Below are positions 27,747-37,746 of a stretch of 45,210 bases of DNA, one piece after another. How positions within the stretch are numbered: the first letter of the stretch is position 1; every line of letters starts with the position of its first letter. The stretch is from Thermofilaceae archaeon (GTDB taxonomy: Archaea > Thermoproteota > Thermoprotei > Thermofilales > Thermofilaceae). The stretch lies in NCBI GenBank assembly GCA_038727095.1, contig JAVYWK010000015.1:1-45210 (forward strand). The letters run 5' to 3'. Under the pieces are notes generated by a model that did not search any database, was not told the origin of the DNA, and saw only the letters and a list, made by a program, of their open reading frames with translations. The translations under genes were made by a program, and so were the position numbers.

Positions 27747-28256
27747 TTATCGTAACCGACGCCCGCAATAGGGGCATATGGTGTGGATGTCGCCAAAGGG
27801 AAGGGTTCTACCGCAGAACGGACACTTCTTCTGAACAGGTACAGTCGTGGTAGGTGCCTTCCTTTCTACTCTATCTGGGCTGGGCCTTACAGTTCGAAGA
27901 GGAGTCTCAAGTGCTGCGGCTTCTCTAGCCTGCTCACTTTTTCTAGCTTTAGCTGGCACAGGGGCTTCCTCACTCGCAACTCGCGTGGCGTGAGAGAGCT
28001 CGTGCACGACCATTACGAGCGTCGCTGCCAGAATACGTTTAAGTGCCATCAAAGCGATAATAGTTGATGCTACGCTAGTGAGCGCCACTAACACCAAGCT
28101 AATTGCTAAGGCCTCGTAAATGCTAGGGTTGAATACAAGCAACACCATCGCCGATAAAACTACAGGTATAGGGGATACCCCAAACAGTATTATCAAGTAG
28201 CGTTTCATAACTTTTTGACTTACTTTTTCAAACCTCTCCATGTATTCTCTCATCAT
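27747..28256 (-). CDS. Membrane protein with C-terminal double CPxCG Zn ribbon
   Basis: Two hydrophobic segments, Pro/Ala/Thr-rich linker, CPFCG..CPYCG. Confidence 0.8.
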   Translation of the reverse strand: MMREYMERFEKVSQKVMKRYLIILFGVSPIPVVLSAMVLLVFNPSIYEALAISLVLVALTSVASTIIALMALKRILAATLVMVVHELSHATRVASEEAPVPAKARKSEQAREAAALETPLRTVRPSPDRVERKAPTTTVPVQKKCPFCGRTLPFGDIHTICPYCGRRLR

Positions 28257-28301
28257 AACACCCTCAAACCCTCAGAGCTTGGGCCCTTCTTCACCGCTCA
28301 G
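28250..28301 (-). ncRNA. C/D-like element in the leader of the 27747-28256 gene
   Basis: CTGA-GCG-GTGAAGA-12 nt-CTGA-GGGT-TTGAGGG; 19 of 23 nt identical to the 5' half of the sRNA at 42168-42215. Confidence 0.45.
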
Positions 28302-28362
28302 CGATGGAATTCTACGCAGCATTAATAATTTTTATCTTAGTGGTGCTCAGCTACAGGTTACT

Positions 28363-28704
28363 CTATGATTCCTTCTTTTGTGCAACTGCTACCTTCTCTA
28401 TTTTAACCTTGCCATCCTCGTTTACCACGGCTTCAAAGTACGGGCTGATCCCTACATAGTCTAAATCTCCCCCTCGTATGCGCACCTTGGTGCTTCTGAC
28501 TTCAGCCCCGAGCAGCTCAACAAGCTCCTCAAGAACGTGATAAGCCTCCCGGGCTCTACTTCGCGCCCAGAGCGCCTCATCCTGAGCTTGGATGATCTCC
28601 ATCCGCACTTGCTGAAGCACTTTCTTGAGGTCAGCATTAACATCATCGCGTTGCAGTAAGGATTCGAGCATGCCTAGCGCGTTCCTTAAGTGCAAGGTAG
28701 ACAT
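28363..28704 (-). CDS. Hypothetical protein
   Basis: 113-aa ORF, helical N-half and beta-like C-half; no family recognised. Confidence 0.7.
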   Translation of the reverse strand: MSTLHLRNALGMLESLLQRDDVNADLKKVLQQVRMEIIQAQDEALWARSRAREAYHVLEELVELLGAEVRSTKVRIRGGDLDYVGISPYFEAVVNEDGKVKIEKVAVAQKKES

Positions 28705-28814
28705 GAGTTAACCCCGCTATTTTTTCTTATGTGTACCTTATTGCCTGGTCATGACGTTACACGGGGTATCTGCCGTGTGATACTTCTGCAATACGCACCT
28801 AAGAAGATTGAACC

Positions 28815-30284
28815 CTATGTCTGACGCCAGCCGAGCGCGCGTCTCAGCGTCATGAGAAAATCGCTTACGCAACTACTCATAGCTTCCCTCCAAACATTAC
28901 GAATACCCCCCCTTTTCGCCATATCAACAAGCTTCTCGACTCGGAAAAGCAGAGGTGGATGAGGATCCCACCTAAGCCACGCTGCCAATCGACCACTCCA
29001 CTGGCCTTCCACGTAGAAGTGCCTCAACCCTATCTTGCGCAGCGCTGATGCTAGCTTATCGGGTTTCCCCGTAAAAACGGCGGAATCGATATCGGCTCTC
29101 GCTTCAACGAACTTTGCTATGAAGAACAGGAAAGTCAGTGAGAACCACAGGTAGAGGAGTCCGAGGGGGGTCGCGAAGATCGGCCAGTACCTCAGTGCTA
29201 AGTACACTCGGCTAAGGTACTCTGCACTGCTCAAAATGAAGAAAGTCAACACGTCGTGGCGCTTGAGATGGCTCAACTCGTGTCCCACAATAGCTTCCAC
29301 TTCATCGTCATCCAGCCTCGAGAGGAGCCCTGTTGTGACCAGGATTGAGGAGAGCGAAGCTCCTACCCCCGATGCTGCTGCGTTGGGTACAACGATGTTG
29401 GAGAGGTAAATTTTCGGTAGCTTCCTTATACCGAAGTTTTTCGCCACTCTTTCAACTATTCCGTACAGATCAATTTTCCTCACTTCAACTTCGTACAAGT
29501 CCGGGCTTAGGCCGTACTCCACCAGAATGCTCTTGACTTGCTGCTCATCTATTTCAACACCGTGCTCTATGCTTGACGAGTACAGGCGCCGCTTGATCTC
29601 GAAACGCTTCGGCATGATTACCTTCTGCAGAACCTCCTGGTACCTCCCTAAGGGCATCCGCAATCCCACAAGGTATACGTCTCTATGCACACCATCGATC
29701 GCCCAGTCACCCATTACGAACGGGACCACTTTGTACGACAGCAGCATGATGGGGAGCTGCATCAATATCAGGACTATGGGTGCATAATCCCTTACCAACG
29801 CAAAAACAGCGTACGATAACACCATTGATATGGCGAAGATGAAAATTAAGTTGCCCAGGAAGAGGGTCTGCAACGTCTTATGCATCCTTGACTCTGTTCT
29901 AGGAGGAACAAGCTGTCGCCCAGGGACAAAGACGAAGTAGGCCATTCCGTAGCCTCCTGTTTCAGCGAAAAACCTTACGGCGCTCTCGATCAATGAAGAG
30001 ACGCGTTCAGTGAACGCTGAGCTAACACCGGCCCTCAACGGCGAAATCCGATACTTTACGCCGTAGTCAGAGTAAAGGATCAGCACCTCCAAAAGGGGGC
30101 CACTGTCATCATCTATGTAGAATAGAACACCAGGCGAGCCCATGTAGCTAACAGTGAGTGCTCCACCCAGATATCTTCCATAACTCTCCCTCATAACTTC
30201 TACTAGGAAGTTCTCAAACCTCTTCGCAGTCTCTACGTCGACTTTTATAAACGGTAGTTCCTTCTCTAGACTTAGCCGTGACAT
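28815..30284 (-). CDS. M48/HtpX-family zinc metalloprotease with long N-terminal extension
   Basis: PNAAA, TTGLL, HELSH zinc motif, EARAD and HPP..R motifs. Confidence 0.88.
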   Translation of the reverse strand: MSRLSLEKELPFIKVDVETAKRFENFLVEVMRESYGRYLGGALTVSYMGSPGVLFYIDDDSGPLLEVLILYSDYGVKYRISPLRAGVSSAFTERVSSLIESAVRFFAETGGYGMAYFVFVPGRQLVPPRTESRMHKTLQTLFLGNLIFIFAISMVLSYAVFALVRDYAPIVLILMQLPIMLLSYKVVPFVMGDWAIDGVHRDVYLVGLRMPLGRYQEVLQKVIMPKRFEIKRRLYSSSIEHGVEIDEQQVKSILVEYGLSPDLYEVEVRKIDLYGIVERVAKNFGIRKLPKIYLSNIVVPNAAASGVGASLSSILVTTGLLSRLDDDEVEAIVGHELSHLKRHDVLTFFILSSAEYLSRVYLALRYWPIFATPLGLLYLWFSLTFLFFIAKFVEARADIDSAVFTGKPDKLASALRKIGLRHFYVEGQWSGRLAAWLRWDPHPPLLFRVEKLVDMAKRGGIRNVWREAMSSCVSDFLMTLRRALGWRQT

Positions 30285-30418
30285 CGCGTCTTCACCACTG
30301 AGTCTAACAGTCTTAAAAATACTGTGGTTTGACTTCTATAGCTAAAAAGTTAACAAAAATTTCTATCATGAGAATTTACAGGTAGAATATGTTTATAAAT
30401 AAAATTATTTATTAAGGC

Positions 30419-32350
30419 TTACTCCTCCATAGAGAGTTCCTCAACCGCAGAAGATCTCGTCCTTCTCAGGATACTGAAACCGATCGTCCCCCCTCCAGCC
30501 GCGACCCCCATCAGCGCTGCTTCAAGGGTTGTTACTGGAATGCCCCCGAAGAAAGGCAGCTCGAACAGCACGTTAATCCGCATTTTCCTGACCCCGCTAC
30601 TGCTTACCTGCTCCACGCTCGTGGAAGAGACCCTCTTGTAGTTTACTTGAATGACGAATTGGCCGCCGGGTACCTGCAGAATAGGGGTTGCTCCGTTTTC
30701 ACCGGTGACGGCCCTAGCGATTGGAGTATCACCGTTTTTAACGATGATTTCTGCTCCCGCCAAGGGTTTATCCCAGGTATCCACTACGAGCCACGACACT
30801 CTGAAAACGTTGCACCTTACGGTGATCGTGCTGCCCGCGATCGTACCTAGGTACAGGGTAGCAACTGGAACCCCCTTGAAGCTGACGCTGACCGTGTAAG
30901 CTCCCGGCCTGAATAGCTTGAGAGTCACCGCACCGGAGTCGTCGCTTACCGCCGTAGCATTCACCGGACCTGAAATAGCAACTGTAGCGCCTATTACAGC
31001 TTCGCCTCCATCATCAATTAGCTTAAAGGTTATGGGCTTCCAATCTAACTTGAAGAAGTAAGTACCAGTCTCAATCGAGTTGAACGCCTTGACCTGAATG
31101 TAAGCTTCGTTGAGGAAGACTCTCACATCCCGGTACTCGTTCCCCCAAGGTAGCAACCCTTCCTGAGTGCTCCCTAGCTCAGCTCCTGAGGGAGTCCTGA
31201 TCCCCACGATATTCCCGTAGCTGGGGACTTGAACGACGAGGTAGGCTGCCATGGCGTCCTTAATGTCGCTATCTCTCACGGTTATGGAGACCCCGTTCGC
31301 CTGCCACTCCCCGGCCTCTCTTATGAAGATCGTCGTGTACATTATGTTGACGGCAGACCTAATGTTGTTCCTCACCTCGAACCAGCTCCCGTAGACTATG
31401 TACGCCTTGATGTATACGCGCAGGTTAATGTTCGGTATCAGGTAGGAGGCGGCTCTAATCGTCACGATCTCATCTCTGTAGTACGCGAAATCGACAAGTT
31501 CGCCGACAACATCAACGCCGCCGGACCCTCTACCCGTTAATGGGGCTATACTGTACACTATGACAACAGCACCTATCCCCCTCCAGTTCCTCATCTGGCC
31601 TATGCCGAAGCGTTTCGAGGAGGCCGGTGCTATCACATCTTCTTTGAAGGATGGTTCAACAACGATGAAGGCTGAAGGCAATACATAGCTCTCGTCCCGC
31701 TTAACAGTCACCGAGTAATCTCCGAGCTCCAGGTACTTGAAATTCAGCTCCACGTGCTTGTAATCGACCTTAAGAGCATCAGGTGCCGGTTCATTGTTTA
31801 ACAGCGTTTCGCCGCTAGGTGCTTTCACATCGCTAACAGCAAAGGGGGCATGGTTCTCGATCGTGAACCGGACAACTAGCTCATTCTTGGTGAAGGGGGG
31901 TGGGGGCTCTTCCACCCTGAGCGTAATGTCACCTTCCTTCAGCTCTATCCAGGTTGTTTTAACGTAGCTTACCGTCACTCTAACCTCGCTACTCAAGTTA
32001 CCCTCAGAAGCAGCTATCTTGATAGACCCTGAGGATGATATTAGCGCCGTGACCCTCTCGTCACTCACCTCCGATCTATCGAACTTCACGGGTATGATGC
32101 CTTTCGGCATGCCATTCGGGAACTCTGCACGAATGTATGCTAACTCGTATCCAGGGGGTGGTGGGGGCGCAGAAATTTCAACGAGCTGATTGTTCTCTAG
32201 TAGGATCGAAGTCGTGTAACCTGTTGACAGTACGTAGTCAACTCGCGCGTAGTAGACAAAGTTATCCGTTTGAGAAGCCACATTCTGCGCAACAGCTAGA
32301 GCGGCTAATGCGCACACGAGGATTGCCGCCCGAATCTTCTGAAGCTTCAC
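30419..32350 (-). CDS. Secreted, C-terminally anchored surface protein with carboxypeptidase-regulatory-like beta repeats
   Basis: Signal peptide; GEAVIGATV / DKPLAGAEI..G.Y.V repeats; C-terminal TM segment followed by RRTR. Confidence 0.8.
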   Translation of the reverse strand: MKLQKIRAAILVCALAALAVAQNVASQTDNFVYYARVDYVLSTGYTTSILLENNQLVEISAPPPPPGYELAYIRAEFPNGMPKGIIPVKFDRSEVSDERVTALISSSGSIKIAASEGNLSSEVRVTVSYVKTTWIELKEGDITLRVEEPPPPFTKNELVVRFTIENHAPFAVSDVKAPSGETLLNNEPAPDALKVDYKHVELNFKYLELGDYSVTVKRDESYVLPSAFIVVEPSFKEDVIAPASSKRFGIGQMRNWRGIGAVVIVYSIAPLTGRGSGGVDVVGELVDFAYYRDEIVTIRAASYLIPNINLRVYIKAYIVYGSWFEVRNNIRSAVNIMYTTIFIREAGEWQANGVSITVRDSDIKDAMAAYLVVQVPSYGNIVGIRTPSGAELGSTQEGLLPWGNEYRDVRVFLNEAYIQVKAFNSIETGTYFFKLDWKPITFKLIDDGGEAVIGATVAISGPVNATAVSDDSGAVTLKLFRPGAYTVSVSFKGVPVATLYLGTIAGSTITVRCNVFRVSWLVVDTWDKPLAGAEIIVKNGDTPIARAVTGENGATPILQVPGGQFVIQVNYKRVSSTSVEQVSSSGVRKMRINVLFELPFFGGIPVTTLEAALMGVAAGGGTIGFSILRRTRSSAVEELSMEE

Positions 32351-32492
32351 GGGGTGAAGAGGGACCTAAACCCCTTTAGCAAGTACACTTAGTCAAACCT
32401 GCTACTCCTCACGTATTACGCTTATCTTACGGTGTTCGGGTGTCCGGCAAAGAACGTTTAATAAGGCATGAGAAAGGGTATGCCGGATACCG

Positions 32493-32885
32493 ATGAAGTA
32501 CAGGCTAATGGATCTGCTAGCGTGCCCTTACGATAAAACTTTCCCACTAGAGCTTCATGTTTTCGAGATTAGAAAGTATGAAGAGCGAAGCATAAGCTTC
32601 AAGAAAAAGCCAGCATGCGAGCTTTACTGCGCATTCAAGGGTAAGAAAGTCGAAGAGTTGCAGGGTGATCCAGGCTGTGATCAGTGCATAAAGTACGAGA
32701 TTGCTGAGGGAGTGCTACGCTGTTCGGTGTGCAGCAGGTGGTACCCCATAATAGATGAGATCCCCATACTTCTGCCCGATGAGATGCGCGACAAGCATGA
32801 TGATCTAGAGTTCCTAGCAAAGTACAAGGACAGGCTTCCGAGAGAGATCGTGGAGGGCGGAAAACCCTGGAGCCTATCTGCTTAA
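32493..32885 (+). CDS. trm112: Trm112-family methyltransferase activator (long form)
   Basis: LMDLLACP..EGVLRC..C.RWYPI.DEIP.LLP. Confidence 0.88.
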   Translation: MKYRLMDLLACPYDKTFPLELHVFEIRKYEERSISFKKKPACELYCAFKGKKVEELQGDPGCDQCIKYEIAEGVLRCSVCSRWYPIIDEIPILLPDEMRDKHDDLEFLAKYKDRLPREIVEGGKPWSLSA

Positions 32886-34612
32886 TCGTGAGTGTAAATG
32901 AAGAGGTTGCGGTTGGCATCCTCTAGAATAACGAAGCCGAACCGGTAAAACTGCGCTCTATCAAACGTTTTAAGCTCGCTAGCGCCTGGCTCGAGAACAC
33001 CACTCACTTCAGTTATTATATCGCCCTTAGCTACAACGACTTTCGCGGGCATCGCGCCTTCCAGGGGCGCCCACTGGATCACTTGCAGCCCTTTAGCTCT
33101 CGCGTAGTCGACATCCAAGTTGACGACCTCCGCCCTGTTCCCCCCAAGCATGCGGATGTTTGCCAGGCCTAGCAACCTAACCTCTGATCCTTCAGGAAGC
33201 ATCTCTAGATCGCTCCTCGCAATGTAGACCCTTGCTACCCCCGAGTCAGCGGGAACCCTAATCTCCCGACTGCCTTTCTCCGGGAACGATGGGTGCCGAG
33301 GCACCCTACCTACGAGCTCACTAAGCGTCCGCAACTCAATGAGGACAGGATCGGGAACGAACATGTACCTGTTCGCAATCTTTTCCAGGTACTTTCTATT
33401 AATGGCGTATAAGTTTTCTAAGCTTATACGAGCTGTGGAAGGCTTGATACCTACGTGTAAGATTAATTCATAAATCGCTTCTGAGAGCAAACCACGTCTC
33501 CTCAAAGCGCGCAGCGTGGCTAGCCGGGGATCGTCGAATCCGAGGTAAACCCTCTTCCGAATCCCCTCGCGTATCTTTGATTTGCTCAGGATTGCTCCTT
33601 CTATGCCCATCCTCCCGAAGTGGACCGCTACTGGGTATTTCCAGCCAAAGTAGTCGAAGATGTACTTCTGCTTGAGCGTGTTAACCTCGTGCTCCGCCCC
33701 CCTGAGTATGAGCGTTACACCCATCAGGTGATCATCTACGGCGCACGCAAAGTTGTAGGTTGGCCACACAATGTACTTGCTACCTGTGAGCGGGTGGGGG
33801 TGCTTCTCCGTATCGATGATCCTGAAAGCCACCCAATCTCTGACCGATGGGTTTGGATGCGCAATATCCGTCTTGATCCTTAGTACGGCCTCGCCTTCGC
33901 GGAAGCCCCCGGCTAGCATGTGATCCCAGAGATCGAGCTGATTCTCTACTGCTCTCGCTGCGCAGGCGCACCTGAACCCCTTCATTCTGCTCTCACTCAT
34001 GATCTCTCGGGAACACGTGCAAACGTAGGCGCCCCCGATCATGATCAGGCGCCTAGCGTATTCGTAGTAGATGTCCATTCGCAGCGATTGGATGTACTCC
34101 TCGTCCCACGTCAACCCCAACCAGCGGAGATCCTCCCTGATCAAATCGTAGGCTTCACGCATGGGTGCCTTAGTCTTAGGATCAGTATCCTCGAACCTCA
34201 GTATGAAACGGCCCTTGTACATCCTCGCATACTCGTAGCTGAGTATCGCCGGCCTAGCGCTACCCAGGTGGAGCACGAAGTCTGGATTCGGGGCGAACCT
34301 CGTCACAACTTTGCCCTCAACCGCTCCAGGTAGCGGCGGAAGTCCGCGCCGCTCCGCGGGAGCTTTAGCGGGAAGCTCCTCCACCGGAGCCATTGACTCG
34401 AGAAGCCTCTTCTGATCCTCGAGGCTCAACGAGTTAACCTCTTGAACTATTTCCTCAACGATCTTCAGCAACTCCCTAGCGCGAGGCCGAAGCTCAGGCT
34501 TTGCTCCTAGCAGCTTGGACATCACAGGCTGCGGGAGAGCTCGTCCACCGTGCTTAACGGCGTTCTCGAGAGCGTAGAGCCGCGCTAGGCGGTGGATCTC
34601 ATTCGTCTCCAT
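32882..34612 (-). CDS. gltX: Glutamate--tRNA ligase
   Basis: ALENAVKHGG, RFAPNPDF.LHLG, RFEDTDP, LSKS, DDPRLAT; ATG at 34612. Confidence 0.96.
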   Translation of the reverse strand: METNEIHRLARLYALENAVKHGGRALPQPVMSKLLGAKPELRPRARELLKIVEEIVQEVNSLSLEDQKRLLESMAPVEELPAKAPAERRGLPPLPGAVEGKVVTRFAPNPDFVLHLGSARPAILSYEYARMYKGRFILRFEDTDPKTKAPMREAYDLIREDLRWLGLTWDEEYIQSLRMDIYYEYARRLIMIGGAYVCTCSREIMSESRMKGFRCACAARAVENQLDLWDHMLAGGFREGEAVLRIKTDIAHPNPSVRDWVAFRIIDTEKHPHPLTGSKYIVWPTYNFACAVDDHLMGVTLILRGAEHEVNTLKQKYIFDYFGWKYPVAVHFGRMGIEGAILSKSKIREGIRKRVYLGFDDPRLATLRALRRRGLLSEAIYELILHVGIKPSTARISLENLYAINRKYLEKIANRYMFVPDPVLIELRTLSELVGRVPRHPSFPEKGSREIRVPADSGVARVYIARSDLEMLPEGSEVRLLGLANIRMLGGNRAEVVNLDVDYARAKGLQVIQWAPLEGAMPAKVVVAKGDIITEVSGVLEPGASELKTFDRAQFYRFGFVILEDANRNLFIYTHD

Positions 34613-34666
34613 GTGACCCAAGCGACTCACAGTAACAGCTATTAAAAAGCGTTTTGAGAAAGTGCC

Positions 34667-35383
34667 GTGATCCATAGTCCTCTTCAGGCGGCGAGAGCGG
34701 TAGTGACACTGGCTATCCTTGGATACGCGGCATACTCTGACGTCAAGAGCAGAGAAGTCGACGATGCCGTATGGTTGATCCTCGTAATCGCGTCAGCAGC
34801 ATTGATCTTCCCGGAGCTGGCAGCCTTTGATAGGAGTCAGTTGATCCTCTACTTCACCTCAGTGTACATAGCGTTCGCATTAGGCTTGGCTCTACTAACC
34901 TTCGGATTAATGGGGGATGCGGATTTTCTAGCGATTGCATGTTTAGGCCTTGCGACTCCTCCTGATTGGCGCGCGCTACTCTCGTCGATACCTTCCCTCT
35001 CCATATTCATTAATGCCCTGCTCGCTTCCTGCCTGTACCCCATCGCACTGCTCGTCAGAAACCTGGTGCTCGCAATGAGGGGTATCGAGTTATTCGAGGG
35101 GGTGGAGATCGGCACTGCCGGGAAGCTCCTCGCGTTGTTCACAATGACGAAAGTCCCGGCAAGAGTGTACTTGAGCAGGAGGTATGCGTACACTTTGACG
35201 GAGATTACGGAGGACAGTAGGAAGAAGATCGTCTTCCGAGCGAGGATAAGTGAACCCCCTCAACAGCCGCAGGGAGAATGGGTTTGGGTTTCACCCTACA
35301 TACCCTTTGTTGCCATGCTAACGGTGGGTTACGCCATCCACATCTTTTATGGCTGTATCCTAGAGCCACTATTTGTGCCGTGA
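34667..35383 (+). CDS. A24 prepilin/prearchaellin peptidase (PibD/FlaK-like)
   Basis: SDVKSREV and GDAD aspartates, multiple TM helices, VWVSPYIPF C-terminal motif. Confidence 0.85.
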   Translation: MIHSPLQAARAVVTLAILGYAAYSDVKSREVDDAVWLILVIASAALIFPELAAFDRSQLILYFTSVYIAFALGLALLTFGLMGDADFLAIACLGLATPPDWRALLSSIPSLSIFINALLASCLYPIALLVRNLVLAMRGIELFEGVEIGTAGKLLALFTMTKVPARVYLSRRYAYTLTEITEDSRKKIVFRARISEPPQQPQGEWVWVSPYIPFVAMLTVGYAIHIFYGCILEPLFVP

Positions 35384-35420
35384 GCGAGCAAGCTTATTAT
35401 GCCTCCAGGCATCGATAGAG

Positions 35421-35482
35421 TGGCGGCTATGAAGAAAAACTCGGGTTCAGATGAGTGAAGAGAAGGCTGGTGCGAGCCGCCA
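35421..35482 (+). ncRNA. C/D box guide sRNA with terminal stem and own promoter
   Basis: TGGCGGC/GCCGCCA stem; C ATGAAGA, 12-nt guide, D' CAGA, C' GTGAAGA, 10-nt guide, D GCGA; CTTATTAT at 35393-35400. Confidence 0.75.
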
Positions 35483-35515
35483 ACCCTTTTTAAGCACTAC
35501 TCAAACAGTCCCTCC

Positions 35516-36652
35516 GTGGTGGATGCGGAGACCGTACTAAAATTCGTGATGAGGGAGCCTACAGAGGAGGTGCTAACGCCTGAGCGCTTAGCGAAGTACC
35601 TTGAGGAGGCCGCAGAGCTGAGCCACTACATAGGCTTCGAGATCTCCGGTTTCGTCCACCTGGGTACGGGGATTATCAGTATGCAAAAGGTTGCTGATTT
35701 CCAGCGGGCTGGCATAAAAACCACCGTGTTTCTAGCGGACTACCATTCCTGGATCAATAGGAAGCTGGGGGGCGATCTATCGACTATCAGAAAGGTGGCG
35801 GGAGGCTACTTTAAGGAGGCGCTAAGGGTATCGCTCAAGATCGTCGGTGGAGACCCGGACCGCGTGGACTTCATCCTCGGTTCAGAATTCTACGAGAAGC
35901 TGGGAGTAGAGTACTTGACTAACGTGATCAAGGTTTCAATGGAGACGACACTATCCCGAGTGCGCCGATCAGTGACAATCATGGGTAGGCGTATGAGCGA
36001 GTCCCTCAGCTTCGCTCAGCTACTGTACGTGCCCATGCAAGTTGCCGACATCTTCAGCCTGAAGGTGAACGTTGCTCACGGCGGAATGGATCAGAGGAAA
36101 GCCCACGTGATAGCCATCGAGTGCGGAGAGAGGGTGGGCGGCTACACTCCAGTTGCCGTGCACCACCACTTACTGACCGGAATGAACATAGATGAGGCAG
36201 CACGCTCAGCCATCCTGAAGGCTAGAACCTCCGGCTCCCGCGACGAGCTTGAGGAGGCAATTCTCGAAGCAAAGATGTCAAAGTCCAAGCCTCAAAGCGC
36301 GATCTTCATCCACGACAGCCCAGAGGAGATACTGCAGAAAGTGAAGGCCGCCTACTGCCCACCAAGAGAAACCGAACTTAACCCAGTCCTCGAGATCGCG
36401 AAGTTCATCCTCTTCCGGGACAGGAAAGAGGAGTTTGAGATTATTAACCGAAAAACCGGCACAAAGATCTCCTTCACCACCTACGATGAGCTGGCTAAAG
36501 CGTACACCGAAGGGTGTGTACACCCGTTAGACCTCAAGCTGGCTGTAGCTGAAGAACTGGCTCGGATGTTGGAGCCGGCGTTCAAGTACTTCAGGGAGGG
36601 CCCTGGTGCAAGGTACCTGGAGGATCTGCGCGAAATATCTATTACCAGATAA
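35516..36652 (+). CDS. tyrS: Tyrosine--tRNA ligase
   Basis: [31 protein letters not shown] and KMSKS motifs. Confidence 0.96.
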   Translation: MVDAETVLKFVMREPTEEVLTPERLAKYLEEAAELSHYIGFEISGFVHLGTGIISMQKVADFQRAGIKTTVFLADYHSWINRKLGGDLSTIRKVAGGYFKEALRVSLKIVGGDPDRVDFILGSEFYEKLGVEYLTNVIKVSMETTLSRVRRSVTIMGRRMSESLSFAQLLYVPMQVADIFSLKVNVAHGGMDQRKAHVIAIECGERVGGYTPVAVHHHLLTGMNIDEAARSAILKARTSGSRDELEEAILEAKMSKSKPQSAIFIHDSPEEILQKVKAAYCPPRETELNPVLEIAKFILFRDRKEEFEIINRKTGTKISFTTYDELAKAYTEGCVHPLDLKLAVAEELARMLEPAFKYFREGPGARYLEDLREISITR

Positions 36653-36666
36653 TTGCTCGTAAAAAT

Positions 36667-37746
36667 GTGGCGACCCTTATCTATAAGGAGGATTGGAACC
36701 TCGCGCGTGAAGCCTTCGCAGCATGGTGGGAAGGCGAAATTAGAGCCCCGCTCATTCAGGTCCTAGCTCCGCACGATAGCCAACCACCTTACGATGGGTG
36801 GGACTTCTGCCGATTCCCCGATCAGCCCGAAATAGCAATAACGAATTTCGAGAACTGGTGCTCTAAAACCTACTTTGGTGGTTTAGCATACCCAAACCTA
36901 TGGATAAACTTTGGCGCTGGCATACTAGCGGCCTTTCTCGGGGCCGAGCCAATCTTCACTGATAACACCATGTGGTTTGGTAATCAGCGCGAGAGGGGCA
37001 TCCGATCCTTGAATGAGTTAAGTGAAGCAGAGCTCGACACGAATAACGTTTGGTGGAAGCGAGTGGAAAACGCCACGAAGAAGGCGCTCGAAGCTCACAA
37101 GGGTAGGTTCATCGTCGGAGTGACGGACATAGGAGGAGTGCTAGACGTGATCGCTGCCCTAAGAGGGACGACGGAACTTCTCAAGGATCTTTACAGGCGT
37201 CCAAACGAGCTCCTGGCAGCCATAGATAACGTTACGAGGTTATGGATCGATTGCTACGAGAGATTCACCAGGCTGATGAGGGAGTACGGCCACGAGGGTA
37301 CGTCAGCATGGATGGGCCTTTGGTCGCCGAAAAGGTGGTACCCGCTGCAATGCGACATATCCTACACGCTTTCACCCGCAAAGTTCGAGAAGTTCGTCGT
37401 CCCGCACCTTCGCGAGCAGAGCGAGCACCTCGATCACCCGGTATACCACTGGGACGGTCCGGGCCAGCTAGTCCACGCAGAACACCTGCTAAAGCTGAAT
37501 TTTGCAGCTATGCAGTGGGTCCCGGGCGCTCGCGAAGAGCTCAGCGGCAACGATTGCGGCTCGCCGCGGTGGTTTGACCTCTACCGTCACGTTTTAGCGT
37601 CCGGTAAAGGTCTGGTGCTCTACATGCCCCCCTGGCGGGTTGAGAGCTTTGTAAAAGCCTTCCCTCGCGCACGCGCTATTATCCAAACCTGGGCTCCGAC
37701 CGTGCGGGAAGCTGAAAGGCTGTTAAGGCTGCGCCCCCAGCTCTAA
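36667..37746 (+). CDS. URO-D/MtbA-like TIM-barrel protein of unknown substrate
   Basis: NFGAG..AFLG, D.IAALRG..LL.DL..P, QCDIS..LSP..FEKFV.P, YHWDG and QWVPG motifs. Confidence 0.75.
   Translation: MATLIYKEDWNLAREAFAAWWEGEIRAPLIQVLAPHDSQPPYDGWDFCRFPDQPEIAITNFENWCSKTYFGGLAYPNLWINFGAGILAAFLGAEPIFTDNTMWFGNQRERGIRSLNELSEAELDTNNVWWKRVENATKKALEAHKGRFIVGVTDIGGVLDVIAALRGTTELLKDLYRRPNELLAAIDNVTRLWIDCYERFTRLMREYGHEGTSAWMGLWSPKRWYPLQCDISYTLSPAKFEKFVVPHLREQSEHLDHPVYHWDGPGQLVHAEHLLKLNFAAMQWVPGAREELSGNDCGSPRWFDLYRHVLASGKGLVLYMPPWRVESFVKAFPRARAIIQTWAPTVREAERLLRLRPQL

Noticed and set aside
30300-30418. AT-rich gap with an ATAAATAA/TTATTTAT palindrome as a replication origin
   Set aside because: No ORB repeats or initiator gene; consistent with a terminator plus promoter
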